A stretch of DNA of 64,000 nt. Origin: a virus. Its lineage: Duplodnaviria > Caudoviricetes. The notes beneath the pieces are model-generated. The model made no database searches. It saw only the letters and a program-made list of their open reading frames with translations, and was not told where the DNA came from. The DNA lies in IMG/VR virus record IMGVR_UViG_3300047539_000043, positions 6,301 through 70,300 of that record. The stretch is one strand, 5' to 3'. Positions 17,202 through 26,889 of the stretch are shown here, in pieces (within the stretch, counting starts at the first letter, position 1; each line of letters starts with the position of its first letter). Position numbers and translations under genes: made by a program.

Positions 17202-19985
17202 TCACCCCGTTAGATTTTGGGGCCCAAGAAATTGTGCGCTGCCGTCTGCCATTTCCTGATATGTTCCTAGGCCGGCATGGCCCCTACCATATACGCGGCG
17301 CGGCGCGCGAGGCGCTTTTGGCGCTTTCGGGGCAGAAGCTGCGCGAGGCGCTTTTGGCGCTTTCGGGGCAGAAGCTGCGCGAGTTGGTTGACCGCGCTGG
17401 CCGCCCCCGCCGGTACGAGTGGGTTGCCCGCTACTGGTGCGACTTGCACGGCCAACACCTTGAGTGAGGGCATTGCCTGGATTTATACCTTGGTTCTTTA
17501 AGAAAACAGCATCACCTAAAGATTGAGCGTGCTCTGATGCTATCTGATCTTGTATATCTTCCGCTTCTTTTTGCGTTTCTGCCTTCGGATTGCCAAGAGC
17601 CGCCTCCGTAACGCGCTTTTGGCCATTTGGCAGCGTCTCAGTTTGTTGAGCTTCTCCTTGTGGGGCCGGAATATCCGGCGTGCCGCCTTGTTCATTCATC
17701 TTATCAATAGCCGCTTTTTCTTGTGGGTTAGCCGGTCGACCGGCCAATCCAGCCCTGCTTTGCATGGAATTTCCATAAGCACGATCATAATCGGCAACGG
17801 AGGGCTGACCCGGGGACCCTAATTGCTGCTGCGGATTGGCGGCGTTATAGGCCTGGGCGGCCGGGCTTACACCAGGCGCGTTCCCGGTAACTGGTTCTCC
17901 TTGATCGCCAGAACCGGAATTTATTGCACGGTCGGATCGAGCCCCCCAATTCTCTTTAGGGATTATATTATCCTCGTTCGGATTTCCGTTGCCACCAAAA
18001 CCGATTTCAGTTCCAGACGGAGTCATAGCATTTTTCATTTGCTGGCCAACAAGCTGGTTACCGGCGTTCGACAGGCTTTGTTTGATTTGTTGCCAACTTG
18101 ACAGGGCCTTCTGTGGATTTTGAATTAGTTGGTCGAACGGCTGACTGACTAAATTTTGCAGCTGGTCGGAAGTAATAGCGTGTTGTGCGCCGTCGATATC
18201 CATAGTGATCGGTGTTTGGGCATCAGAGGCCGGCGCTTGCGTGGGCGCCCCCGCGTCAGCCATTTGCTGAGTCGGATCGATTGCACTTGGGTCCTGCACA
18301 CCGCCGGCATCCTCAAACGATTGAATGCTGCCGCCGCGCGCGGCACTCTGGGCGGGCACCCCTTTGCCTTTCAGATGAAACTGCACATGTTGCGGTGTCG
18401 GCGCATACTCGAATTTCTTGTTGGCGAACGCCACCGCATGCGGCAGACTTGGCGGATGCTTGCCGGCGCCTTTCAGCGCAACCCGCGAATGAACGCCGGC
18501 CGTATCGGAAAGACGACGAAATGCCTGCAATGCGGCGTACTGCTGTGGCGGTCCGCCCGCAGATGCGATCGTATGGGCAGTGCGCGCATGCGGCGGTATC
18601 TTTGGGTCCATGCTCTTCTGGCGTTGAAGAACCCGCTTGACCGGAGCCGCGTCGGCGCCCGTCAGATACCGCATGATTTGCGGAGGCGCTCCGCCTACAC
18701 CACCAGGGCCGGGAGTAGGCGGGGGCCCCCCTTGCGGTTGGGGCGGCATGCCTCCCGGCGCAGGAGTCGGAGGAGGCGTTGGCGGCTGTGGGGCCATCGG
18801 GGGCATAACACCGCCCCCAGGCGCGAATGACGGAATGCTGCCGCCGCGTGCCGCCATCACTTGTTGGCCGGCATCGGAGGATTTGCTGCCGCCTGGCAGA
18901 TAATCGCGCGGGTTGAACTGTTTCGGCGTCGGCTGAAGGACACCCTGAGGCACTTGTCCCGGAGCGCCCGGTGCCGGTGGGATAGGTCTTGTATCAGCCT
19001 GCGCCACTTGCTGACCGCGGTCCTGGGGAGTACCAGGTTGGGTTTGGTCGCCGCCCGGTCCGGCCGGCGCCGTCGGTATATTGCCGGTAAGTTGTTGCAT
19101 GCCGTACTGGTAGGCCTGTTGAACGGCCTGTAGAGACGCACCGAGATCGCCGGCTTGGCCGGGATCACCTGTGGACGTATCCTGCATTTCGCTTGGGTCG
19201 CCCGGATCGGTAGGTATTGCTCCACCGGGATCTGGCACGCCGCCGCCATCATCGAACTTGTACGAGGAGTCACCGGGATGGTTCTTAGCTTTCCACTTGT
19301 TGCGATAGGGCTCTTCTTTTGGGGCCTCAATAGAGCCGCCACGCGCTGCCCCCATATAATCAGGAGGCGGCATCCCATGCAAAGAATATTCTGATGCGAG
19401 GCCAGCTCCTTGGTTGCCGCCGCCGGTTGTCATACCGTTTGAACCAACCGTATAGGTACCCGGCATAAAGGTGGCGCCAATAGCTGGTGCACTCGTGCTG
19501 CCGCCGGTCGACGGTGCCGAGGATGCGCCGTATGATGGGGATGTGGTAGGCGTTGTGCTGAATGGAGCCGCCGCGGCCGGCGCACTGTAGGTGCTAATGC
19601 CACCAGCCGGTGCCGTATAGGAACCGCCCGCGACTGCATTAGCCGCGTTGGCGCCGCCCCACGACCCCATCTGATTGGTCTCGGTAGCGCCGCCGGCCGC
19701 AAATCTTTGAACTCGTCCGCCACGGCTCATCATGCTGCTTCCTGTAGGCTCCATCCCCAGCGATGTTGGGGATGCGGAAGCACCTGGCGCGCTGGCCGTC
19801 GGGATAGAGCTCGCGCCGCTGGCCGACATGCCCGCACTGGCGCTCGCCGGCGGCTGCGTATTGGCACCGCTGGCCGAGAACTGGTTCGGCTTGCCCGGCG
19901 CTTGCTGTGGTTGAACGGTAGGACGCCTGGCCGATAAGAAGTCTTGCTGTGCGGCATTAGGTCGGACCGGTCCACGTTTGGCCAT
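17202..19985 (-). CDS. low-complexity Gly/Pro/Gln/Ala-rich internal virion protein (putative)
   Basis: 927 aa with repeated RGG[SR][IV]xxFxxGG motifs. Confidence 0.7.
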   Translation of the reverse strand: MAKRGPVRPNAAQQDFLSARRPTVQPQQAPGKPNQFSASGANTQPPASASAGMSASGASSIPTASAPGASASPTSLGMEPTGSSMMSRGGRVQRFAAGGATETNQMGSWGGANAANAVAGGSYTAPAGGISTYSAPAAAAPFSTTPTTSPSYGASSAPSTGGSTSAPAIGATFMPGTYTVGSNGMTTGGGNQGAGLASEYSLHGMPPPDYMGAARGGSIEAPKEEPYRNKWKAKNHPGDSSYKFDDGGGVPDPGGAIPTDPGDPSEMQDTSTGDPGQAGDLGASLQAVQQAYQYGMQQLTGNIPTAPAGPGGDQTQPGTPQDRGQQVAQADTRPIPPAPGAPGQVPQGVLQPTPKQFNPRDYLPGGSKSSDAGQQVMAARGGSIPSFAPGGGVMPPMAPQPPTPPPTPAPGGMPPQPQGGPPPTPGPGGVGGAPPQIMRYLTGADAAPVKRVLQRQKSMDPKIPPHARTAHTIASAGGPPQQYAALQAFRRLSDTAGVHSRVALKGAGKHPPSLPHAVAFANKKFEYAPTPQHVQFHLKGKGVPAQSAARGGSIQSFEDAGGVQDPSAIDPTQQMADAGAPTQAPASDAQTPITMDIDGAQHAITSDQLQNLVSQPFDQLIQNPQKALSSWQQIKQSLSNAGNQLVGQQMKNAMTPSGTEIGFGGNGNPNEDNIIPKENWGARSDRAINSGSGDQGEPVTGNAPGVSPAAQAYNAANPQQQLGSPGQPSVADYDRAYGNSMQSRAGLAGRPANPQEKAAIDKMNEQGGTPDIPAPQGEAQQTETLPNGQKRVTEAALGNPKAETQKEAEDIQDQIASEHAQSLGDAVFLKNQGINPGNALTQGVGRASRTSSGQPTRTGGGGQRGQPTRAASAPKAPKAPRAASAPKAPKAPRAPRRVYGRGHAGLGTYQEMADGSAQFLGPQNLTG
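17305..17383. repeat. 36-bp tandem repeat x2 (RAASAPKAPKAP)
   Basis: gcgcgaggcgcttttggcgctttcggggcagaagct occurs twice, plus a partial copy. Confidence 0.9.
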
Positions 19986-21754
19986 TATACCCTCCCACCG
20001 CGGTACATGAAGTCCTGAATTTGTTGGCCTGGAGGTATCCAGCCGCCGCCATTAACGCCGAAAGCCTGCCATTGATCGCCTGGAGCCGGCGGGGTTCCAT
20101 AATTTGCTGGGGTGCCGCCGCCCATGGGGACGCTACCAGGCGATGGGTTCCCGTAACCACGCGACGAATATGGTGCCTGGCTTGTAGGTGCCGGCGTTGT
20201 CGGTGTCGGTGACGAATATGGTGCCTGGCTTGTAGGCGCCGGCGTTGTCGTAGCAGAAGACGCGGTTGGTGATGCACTGGGCGGGTTATATCCGCCACCT
20301 GCTACACCACTCAGACCACTTTGATTAAGGCTCGAGCCCCACGATCCCATCGCGTCGGTGCTAGTAGCGCCGCCGGCGGCGAAGCGTTGTATACTGCCGC
20401 CGCGTCTAGCTTGTGGCTGCTGGGCCGACTGCGAGTCAAATGTCGGCTGCTGGCCAGGCGATTGCGCTGGCCCCGCGGTGGGCCCGACCGACTGTGCGGC
20501 GGTCACGCGCGCCTTACGCGACTGATCGATCATCTTGTGGAAGAACTCTTCACCTTTCCAGCGTGCTACGTCGCGCGGCACGACGAACTCTTCGGAGTTG
20601 AGATTGGCCGGCACATCGTCTACATTGATGCCGCCGCTCGGGCTGGCCTGCTGTGACACATGGCCACCCTGTGTTGCATCTCCACCGAAACTAAACGCGC
20701 CCGGTCTGTTGCCGACGTCGCCGCCCGTAGCATAGCCGCTGGCGCTGCTGCCGCCATAGCCGCCGCCCCCGACTTGTATTGGGGGGGCATTATCATAATA
20801 TCCTCCTCCGCTGCCCCCACCGCCACCGCCACCGCCCCCATAACCGCCGCCCCCGCCGGTAGTAGTCGGGTTGGTCGGGCTGGTACCGCCTGTGTTAGTG
20901 CCACCCGCGGTGCCCATTGAGCCAGACTGGTTGGCTACGGTCGGGATACTGGTATTCTGGTTGGTACTCTGTGACGTCGACGTTGACGCATTGCCAACAC
21001 CCGGCAGAGCGGCTTTTCCCTGAGCCAATAGAGAAGACGGCCCCGTATCGGTCAACGCTACACCCGTGTTGGCGTTGGCCAGCGCAGCATTTTGAGATCC
21101 CGTAATAGCCGCGGTGCCGGCGTTCGAAGCGTTGATGGCCTGACCCGGCAACTGCTGCCCCGTAGCGATCGACGAGGCAAGCAGTCCACGGCCAGTCGCC
21201 TCGGTAGCAAGCTCCGACTGTTGACCGGCACCGGCCGCGGCGGCTCCTGCCGCGGTTCGGTTTGCAGAGTTAAGCTCGGCATACTCGCCGCTAGACGGGT
21301 TGATGCCATAGGACTGCAGGTTCTGCTTGGCGGCCGCCATGGCAGCGTTGGTGCCTTGCATGGACTGCGACTCCGCGGCCCCCATGTTGACGCCAATGCG
21401 ACCAGCGCTCGCGTACTGAGCAGCCTCGTTTGCCTGCTGATTGATCTCCGGAACGGTTGTGTTTTCGTATTGGTTCGTGGTCTGGTTGGCCAGGTTCATG
21501 TCTTGCTGACTGGCCGCCAGATAATTATCGATCGAGTTATTGGTGACCGCGGACGTGGCGGCGTATTGGTTCTGGCCCCATTGCTCCTGGGAAGAGGCTA
21601 GCTGGGCCGCATAGGCGGCGATCTGCTGGTTCTGCAGGGCCTCCGAGGATTGCATAACCTCGGGGTTTGAAACGCTGGTTGAGGTGCTTTGCCCGGTTCC
21701 TTGCGACCCGGTTGTGGTTACGCCGGGGGCCGGTGTCGGTTCATTGACATTCAT
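19985..21754 (-). CDS. internal virion / ejection protein (putative)
   Basis: 589 aa. Gln/Ala-rich helical N-half, Gly-rich linker, DDVPANLNSEEFVVPRDVA..KG domain. Confidence 0.7.
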   Translation of the reverse strand: MNVNEPTPAPGVTTTGSQGTGQSTSTSVSNPEVMQSSEALQNQQIAAYAAQLASSQEQWGQNQYAATSAVTNNSIDNYLAASQQDMNLANQTTNQYENTTVPEINQQANEAAQYASAGRIGVNMGAAESQSMQGTNAAMAAAKQNLQSYGINPSSGEYAELNSANRTAAGAAAAGAGQQSELATEATGRGLLASSIATGQQLPGQAINASNAGTAAITGSQNAALANANTGVALTDTGPSSLLAQGKAALPGVGNASTSTSQSTNQNTSIPTVANQSGSMGTAGGTNTGGTSPTNPTTTGGGGGYGGGGGGGGGSGGGYYDNAPPIQVGGGGYGGSSASGYATGGDVGNRPGAFSFGGDATQGGHVSQQASPSGGINVDDVPANLNSEEFVVPRDVARWKGEEFFHKMIDQSRKARVTAAQSVGPTAGPAQSPGQQPTFDSQSAQQPQARRGGSIQRFAAGGATSTDAMGSWGSSLNQSGLSGVAGGGYNPPSASPTASSATTTPAPTSQAPYSSPTPTTPAPTSQAPYSSRGYGNPSPGSVPMGGGTPANYGTPPAPGDQWQAFGVNGGGWIPPGQQIQDFMYRGGRV

Positions 21755-21813
21755 TTACGCAATCCCTGATCAGGTCCGTCAAGGGTACATGGGACTGGTT
21801 TGTAAACGGTTAA

Positions 21814-22164
21814 CTAATTCTGCTGCCATTTCCAGCTCTGCCCCGCGCTATTGACGAGCTGCAGGCCGGTGATCTGTTCGACATCAACCCAGGTCTGGCC
21901 TGATGGGTCATTCTGGTCGTAGATCCGGATAACTTCTGTCGTTCGGGTGTTGGGCAGCTCGACGAAATCCCCCGGGCCCGTGGGGACGGGGATCAGGTTG
22001 TTCGACGGAACTTGGTTAAGAAGATTAAGAAGTGCCTGTCTAATAGCATTAACGGATGCGATTACCGACGCCAGATCGTTAGCGATCGGAATGGACGGCA
22101 GCGACGGCGCGCGCGACGACGGTGGCGGGGAAGCTGGATTGATATTACAGACCACGGCCCCCAT
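21814..22164 (-). CDS. hypothetical virion-module protein
   Basis: AGGAG SD; lies between the tail and ejection genes. Confidence 0.7.
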   Translation of the reverse strand: MGAVVCNINPASPPPSSRAPSLPSIPIANDLASVIASVNAIRQALLNLLNQVPSNNLIPVPTGPGDFVELPNTRTTEVIRIYDQNDPSGQTWVDVEQITGLQLVNSAGQSWKWQQN

Positions 22165-22194
22165 AGTTACTCCTTTTCAGTGCGGGTTATCGTT

Positions 22195-25067
22195 TTACAC
22201 ATTCCCCAATTCCTTGACGCTGGTAGCGATCTGGACGTTGCTGATGTTAATCACGCCGAGAATTTCGAATTGCCAGTTCTCGGCTTTCCAGCCACTTTCT
22301 ATGCGTAAAATTCCCCCCGATCGGGTGATTTCTCTACATGTTACTAGTTGCATATCGCCATCATAATCATCGTCCGCGGGATCCGCCCATACCTTTATAA
22401 TACCTCTTTGATTGACCTGCAGGGTGTCCCAGCTGGGGTCGGTCGCGCATGCCTCGTTCGGACAATCATTGACTGGCGGCGTGTTCGGTGGGCATGTGAA
22501 AAATACCCGCATGGCCGCATAACTCTTCTTCGTGTTCTGCTGGTAGATCTTCGACGTATAGTCGTACGGCATGATGGTCGGGGCCGGGTCTTCGAAATCG
22601 TAGTAGAGTACCTGCCCGTTCTGAATGACGAGGCCAAAGCCGGTCCACGGGTCTATCTCTAGGTTGACCATGTTCTGGTTGTTGGGCGCCGTCATGCTGT
22701 TGAAGCCCACCCGATGACCGCCGGGCTGGGGCCAGATGGTGAAGCTTGTACTGTCTGTGTTGAGCTCAATATTGAACCCCTGTTGCGCCACACTTGTATC
22801 GGCCCCGTTGACTGTACCATATGCAAAGTAACAGGAAACGAGTGGGATAGCACGAATGTTTTTCTGCGGTGTGAGGGCTGCCCACTTCTCTCGAGTGATC
22901 CATAGCTCCGTGACATTTGAAGATATTCCCGTGTTAGTGACCTGGATAAGTCCGTTGGGTGAAGCATAGAACACTCCCGCGTCGGTACCCACAATGCTAT
23001 CACGCGACAAGCATGGGTCGGGGGGAGCACATTTGATCATAGACATGCTGCCAGGTGCCGTACCGGTAGCAACGTAAGAGTTCGCCGCCGTGCAAGCCAC
23101 CACGGATCCGGACGTCAGGCCCAGGCCGACGATCGGGAAGTCGGTTGTGATGACGTAACCCGGGGGCCACGCATGCATGTAGTACGGTTCACAGAACCAG
23201 ATCTCATTGTTCTTGAACCCTGCCACCATGCCGTTGGGCATGTTGAGGATCCCCACCAGATTGGCGGGCGGCGGGAAATAGTTGGTGGACGGCATCTGGA
23301 TGTTGAGACCAATCACCGCATCGGTCTGCGTGTCCGTGTAGCTTGACGCCGGCGGCAGACAGGTGGTATCTTGCGCCACGAACGCGATCGCGTCCGGATC
23401 GGAGGACCCTAATGAAACATCCGCAACCCAAAAATATACCGTGGACCCACTGGTTCCGGGGACCGTCCGGTATAACCGCAGCACAGCTAAGTTCCTATTT
23501 ACTCCCATGTCTTCTGGATTTGGAAGCCACAAGCCGACGTTCCACGTACCATTTGACCATCCAGTTACAAGAGTGTACGGAGAAGGCGCCGACTCCTCGC
23601 CGTAAGCCGAAATCCACGTATAAACGTAAGCCCTTGCCTCCAATGGTGCTGATGTAGCCAAGTCGGCATACATGTATAGGTTGGGCGCTCCGTAAGTTGC
23701 GGCTGGAGCGTTCAAAGGTGGCCCGTTAACGAACGTGTTGGCGAAGGACACGGACCCGTTGCTGCCGTCGCCCTCTTGGATCTGCTCTGTCGTGTTCATC
23801 GATATGCCAATCCAGTAGGTCTGGTTGGCAAGCAATGCAGGTGGGTTGAGGAAAGAGCTGCCCGCAAGCGTGCCGGCAGTGATGCCTTGGTTGATCTCGC
23901 CCGCACCGTTCTCCACCAGCGTGCCTGGGCTCGTGGGCGTGTTCCCGTAGGTCGCATCCAGATAGATGACGGAAGAGAACAGTACCAGTGGGTCGGTGCT
24001 GGCCGGCATGAACGTGACATCGGACAGCTGCATGGCGCCGATGGGCGTGATGGGGATCAGATAGATGGTGTTGGCGCCAAGCTGGTCGACGTTACCATCC
24101 GAGAACGTCACGCCAAGTGTCGCGGATGCGCCACCACCGCTCACAGTCACCGTGGGCGCGCAGCCGGGGGGATTGATCCCAAGCAGGAACGGGTTCTTGC
24201 CGGCCGTGATCCGGTTCAACGTGTTGTACTGTGGCGGCTCCGACGGGCTCGCCCAGTAGTACCGCTGGTAAATGTCGTCGACTACTTGCGTTTTGATGAC
24301 GTTGGTGTCGGGGTCGAGGAATTCGAGCCATGTAGAAGATCCAGTGATTTGGCTATTGAAGCTAGGGTTCGTTCCACCTGTGAAAGTTCCGATCTCAGGC
24401 ACGAGAGCAGCGAGGTTTCCAAGCCATGTAAGTCTGGCAGCACTAGTACTTTCGGCGACCGCAGTTGCATTAAAAGCTGCTCCATATCCGGGAGAATAGA
24501 CTTGGAGATAAGTGTACGGATTTCCGCCAATTGTTGCCGAGCCGACGACATTGGTGACGTTGGCGGCGTTGTTTTGGGGGGTTGCGACGTCTCCGTTAAT
24601 GACCGTGCTGTTGCCATAGAGGACGCCTTCGTTGGCCCCCGTGCCATTGTCGAAGGTGACGGCAGCAAGAAGGTTCGTAGCTGTGACATTGATGGTTGCT
24701 CCTATCAGAACGTCATAAGGGTTGAGAACTGTGTTTGTGAAATTGTAGAGATCTTCGCCCACAAGGACGTTATCTCCTGGATTGGGGTTTGTCAAGAAGA
24801 TCAGGAACGTCGTCGCGCATGACTGGTTGATAACTGGGATGCGGTATACGTATTGGCTAGCCGAGTTCGTTAGGTTCCGAAGGAACTTCGGAAGCCTCCA
24901 TCCCTGGAGTGCTCCAGAGAAGAGATACGTGTTTGTAGAAGCCGCTGCCTGTCCTGGGGGAAGGAGGTGCGGCTCCCAACTAGGGAGCTGGCCACCAAAC
25001 TATTGTTTCCCGTCAATGACTTACGTCACTAACGGGATTTGACCTGCTCCAGCTTAATTGCTGGCGT
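22195..25067 (-). CDS. podophage tail (tubular B / stabilisation-like) protein with an interrupted 5' end
   Basis: Frame is open from 24999 (FGGQLPSWEPHLLP...) but the first ATG/GTG/TTG is at 24795. Body has EARAYVYTWISAYGEESAPSP, LRLYRT, MPNGMVAGF..NEIWFCEPYYMHAWP, PCLSRDSIV. The matching N-terminal peptide (T)PAIKLEQ lies at 25067-25044 in another frame. Confidence 0.8.
25000..25043 (-). other. 44-nt hairpin-containing intervening sequence
   Basis: GTCAAATCCCGTTAGTGACGTAAGTCATTGACGGGAAACAATAG: 13-bp stem with GTAA loop and stops in all three frames. Exact removal joins ...LEQ to FGG... in frame. Confidence 0.75.
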
Positions 25068-25580
25068 GGTCCTAATCCGTTCTTCCAGATACTTCGCGCC
25101 TTCTAAGAGCCAATCTGGATTGTCTCTTGCCTGCCCCAACATGACATTGCAGTGGGTACAGAGAATGCCGCGCACTTTCCCCGTTGCATGGTCATGGTCA
25201 GTATTCCAATGACCCCTCTTATTACCAGGATGTGCGCTTTTGCATATTGCGCAGCATTTACCCTGGGCATCGAATAATTCATTCCACTCTTCAACGGTTA
25301 AATTATAGTGCCTTTTAAGGTCTTGCTTTCGGTACATTTTTCTAAGCTTTAGTTTGTTGTGGGGGTCTTTGTGCCACCGATTAGTAGACTCCGTGTGCTT
25401 AGCTTTTCCTTCGCTGGTAGCGAGATAGATAGCCCGTGTTGTTTTTCGCTTTTCCCCTCGCGCATACTCACGTTGGTATTTACGAACGGCGTCGGGATCT
25501 AGAGTGGCTTTGTATTCTTTCTGCTGGGCTAAAATACGGTCCCGATTTTTAACATACCACGCGCTATGATCAAACATCAC
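25029..25580 (-). CDS. endonuclease VII-type HNH homing endonuclease
   Basis: YNLTVEEW..LFDAQGKCCAIC...TDHDHATGKVRGILCTHCN.MLG...DNP..L..AKYL; basic N-terminus; GGAGGGG SD. Confidence 0.9.
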   Translation of the reverse strand: MMFDHSAWYVKNRDRILAQQKEYKATLDPDAVRKYQREYARGEKRKTTRAIYLATSEGKAKHTESTNRWHKDPHNKLKLRKMYRKQDLKRHYNLTVEEWNELFDAQGKCCAICKSAHPGNKRGHWNTDHDHATGKVRGILCTHCNVMLGQARDNPDWLLEGAKYLEERIRTTPAIKLEQVKSR

Positions 25581-25792
25581 CCCCTCCGACGGATATGCGA
25601 GAACAGGTCCACCGCTTTCCCGATCGTCTCTGGCTTCCTGTCCTGGGAGCCCGCTCCGTCGACCGGCCGGAATACCCCCACGATGACGTGGTCGCCCTTC
25701 TCCGGATACCTGCGCGGCGCGGGGTGTGCCGCCGCATATTCGGAAACAGCCGCTCCTTGTCTCATTTCACGTATGGTGCGCGCAGATATCAT
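25577..25792 (-). CDS. small hypothetical protein
   Basis: Stop/start overlaps at both ends. Confidence 0.55.
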   Translation of the reverse strand: MISARTIREMRQGAAVSEYAAAHPAPRRYPEKGDHVIVGVFRPVDGAGSQDRKPETIGKAVDLFSHIRRRG

Positions 25793-26370
25793 CTTTGCAC
25801 CGGCATGATCGTGGCTCCTTTAGCCCGTGCGTACTCTGCCGATCGCTTTTGTCCCGCCTCCATTTCGAGCCGGGTCTGTTCGGAGATCTGCGCATGCACA
25901 GGCTGCGCCCGGTGGACCGTAGTCTCGGGCTGACGAGCCCGCAGGACCCGATCGCGGAACTCTTCCTTCTTGGTCTGGTTTTCCTCGTGCTCGTCGAGCT
26001 CCTTCTGGTGCCGCCGCATGCGCGCGGCTTCCTGTCGCTTCGCCACTACCTCTTCCCAGGATGGCAGAACCTCCTGTTCATTATCCGAAATCTTAAACGG
26101 AGAAGCAGCGCGCGCCTCCTGGGCAGCTTTCTCCTCGCGCTGCGCCTGATCCATCAGTGACATCTGAGGCGGCTCCGGGACACGTTTGCCGGCAGCGCGC
26201 TGCTCTGCTTCGATGCGGGCGGACTCCTCGCGGATGACCGCCATGCGGGCCTGACGATCCGCTAAGAGCGGGTCGATGGGCGCAGCCTCAACGGCTTGCG
26301 CGGGGACCACGAGGCCCGCTAGGCCGCTCTCGTCCTCGACTTCCGGGGAGTTTTGCTGGATCTCTTGCAT
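25789..26370 (-). CDS. hypothetical charged/coiled-coil protein
   Basis: AGGAG SD, 193 aa, Glu/Arg/Ala-rich. Confidence 0.75.
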   Translation of the reverse strand: MQEIQQNSPEVEDESGLAGLVVPAQAVEAAPIDPLLADRQARMAVIREESARIEAEQRAAGKRVPEPPQMSLMDQAQREEKAAQEARAASPFKISDNEQEVLPSWEEVVAKRQEAARMRRHQKELDEHEENQTKKEEFRDRVLRARQPETTVHRAQPVHAQISEQTRLEMEAGQKRSAEYARAKGATIMPVQR

Positions 26371-26484
26371 TGGTGGCTCCTGAGTTTGGGGGTACGGTAG
26401 CTTGCGCGGATCCTGAATTGGTTAAAGAACGCTGCCGGGTCGGCTTTTGGCCAAGCGCGCTCTGTATACTATAATAGGCGGAAG

Positions 26485-26500
26485 TTAGCTTATTCTTAAC
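26485..26500. promoter_or_regulatory. CtrA-type box (1 mismatch)
   Basis: TTAG-cttattc-TTAAC, upstream of the 26370 gene. Confidence 0.5.
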
Positions 26501-26681
26501 GCCCGCCATACTTAGCGCCTATCTTGGCCAAGTTGGCCTGGCGCTTGGTCTTGGTTGACGCCCCCTTGCCGGGGTTCTTGGCCATAGCGGCGGTCGACTT
26601 GCCGGCGGCCTTGGCTTTCGCTTTGAATTGACCGTGCGAGTTGGCAAACGCCTTCTCCATCCACCTTGAATCACTAGCCAT
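26496..26681 (-). CDS. small Lys/Ala-rich basic protein
   Basis: MASDSRWMEKAFANSHGQFKAKAKAAGKSTAAMAK...; AGGAG SD. Confidence 0.7.
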   Translation of the reverse strand: MASDSRWMEKAFANSHGQFKAKAKAAGKSTAAMAKNPGKGASTKTKRQANLAKIGAKYGGR

Positions 26682-26889
26682 TGGGGGTCTCCTTTGGTAG
26701 GCAACGCAGTAGACGGTTAATTTCCCACTGGGCCATACCAACGCTGACCATGGTGGACTCGACCCGGGCGTGGGAGTAGTTCCGGACCCAGTATGGCACG
26801 TCCTGGCAGGACCACTTGTGGGCCGCTGGCGCGGGTGTGGTCAGGGCCCCGTAGATTACTACTGCCCAGAGAAGGTTGTTAGCGCCCAT
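26674..26889 (-). CDS. small exported hypothetical protein
   Basis: Hydrophobic N-terminus ending PAAH. Confidence 0.55.
   Translation of the reverse strand: MGANNLLWAVVIYGALTTPAPAAHKWSCQDVPYWVRNYSHARVESTMVSVGMAQWEINRLLRCLPKETPNG

Noticed and set aside
25000-25002. Genome-wide TAG-to-Gln recoding
   Set aside because: TAG serves as a normal stop for several clear genes (e.g. 3285, 4760, 57232), no suppressor tRNA was seen, and read-through alone would not fix the frame offset.
25000-25043. Spliceosomal GT-AG intron or complete group I/II intron
   Set aside because: The GT...AG ends are real, but bacteria lack a spliceosome and 44 nt cannot hold a ribozyme core. Kept only as an unexplained intervening sequence.
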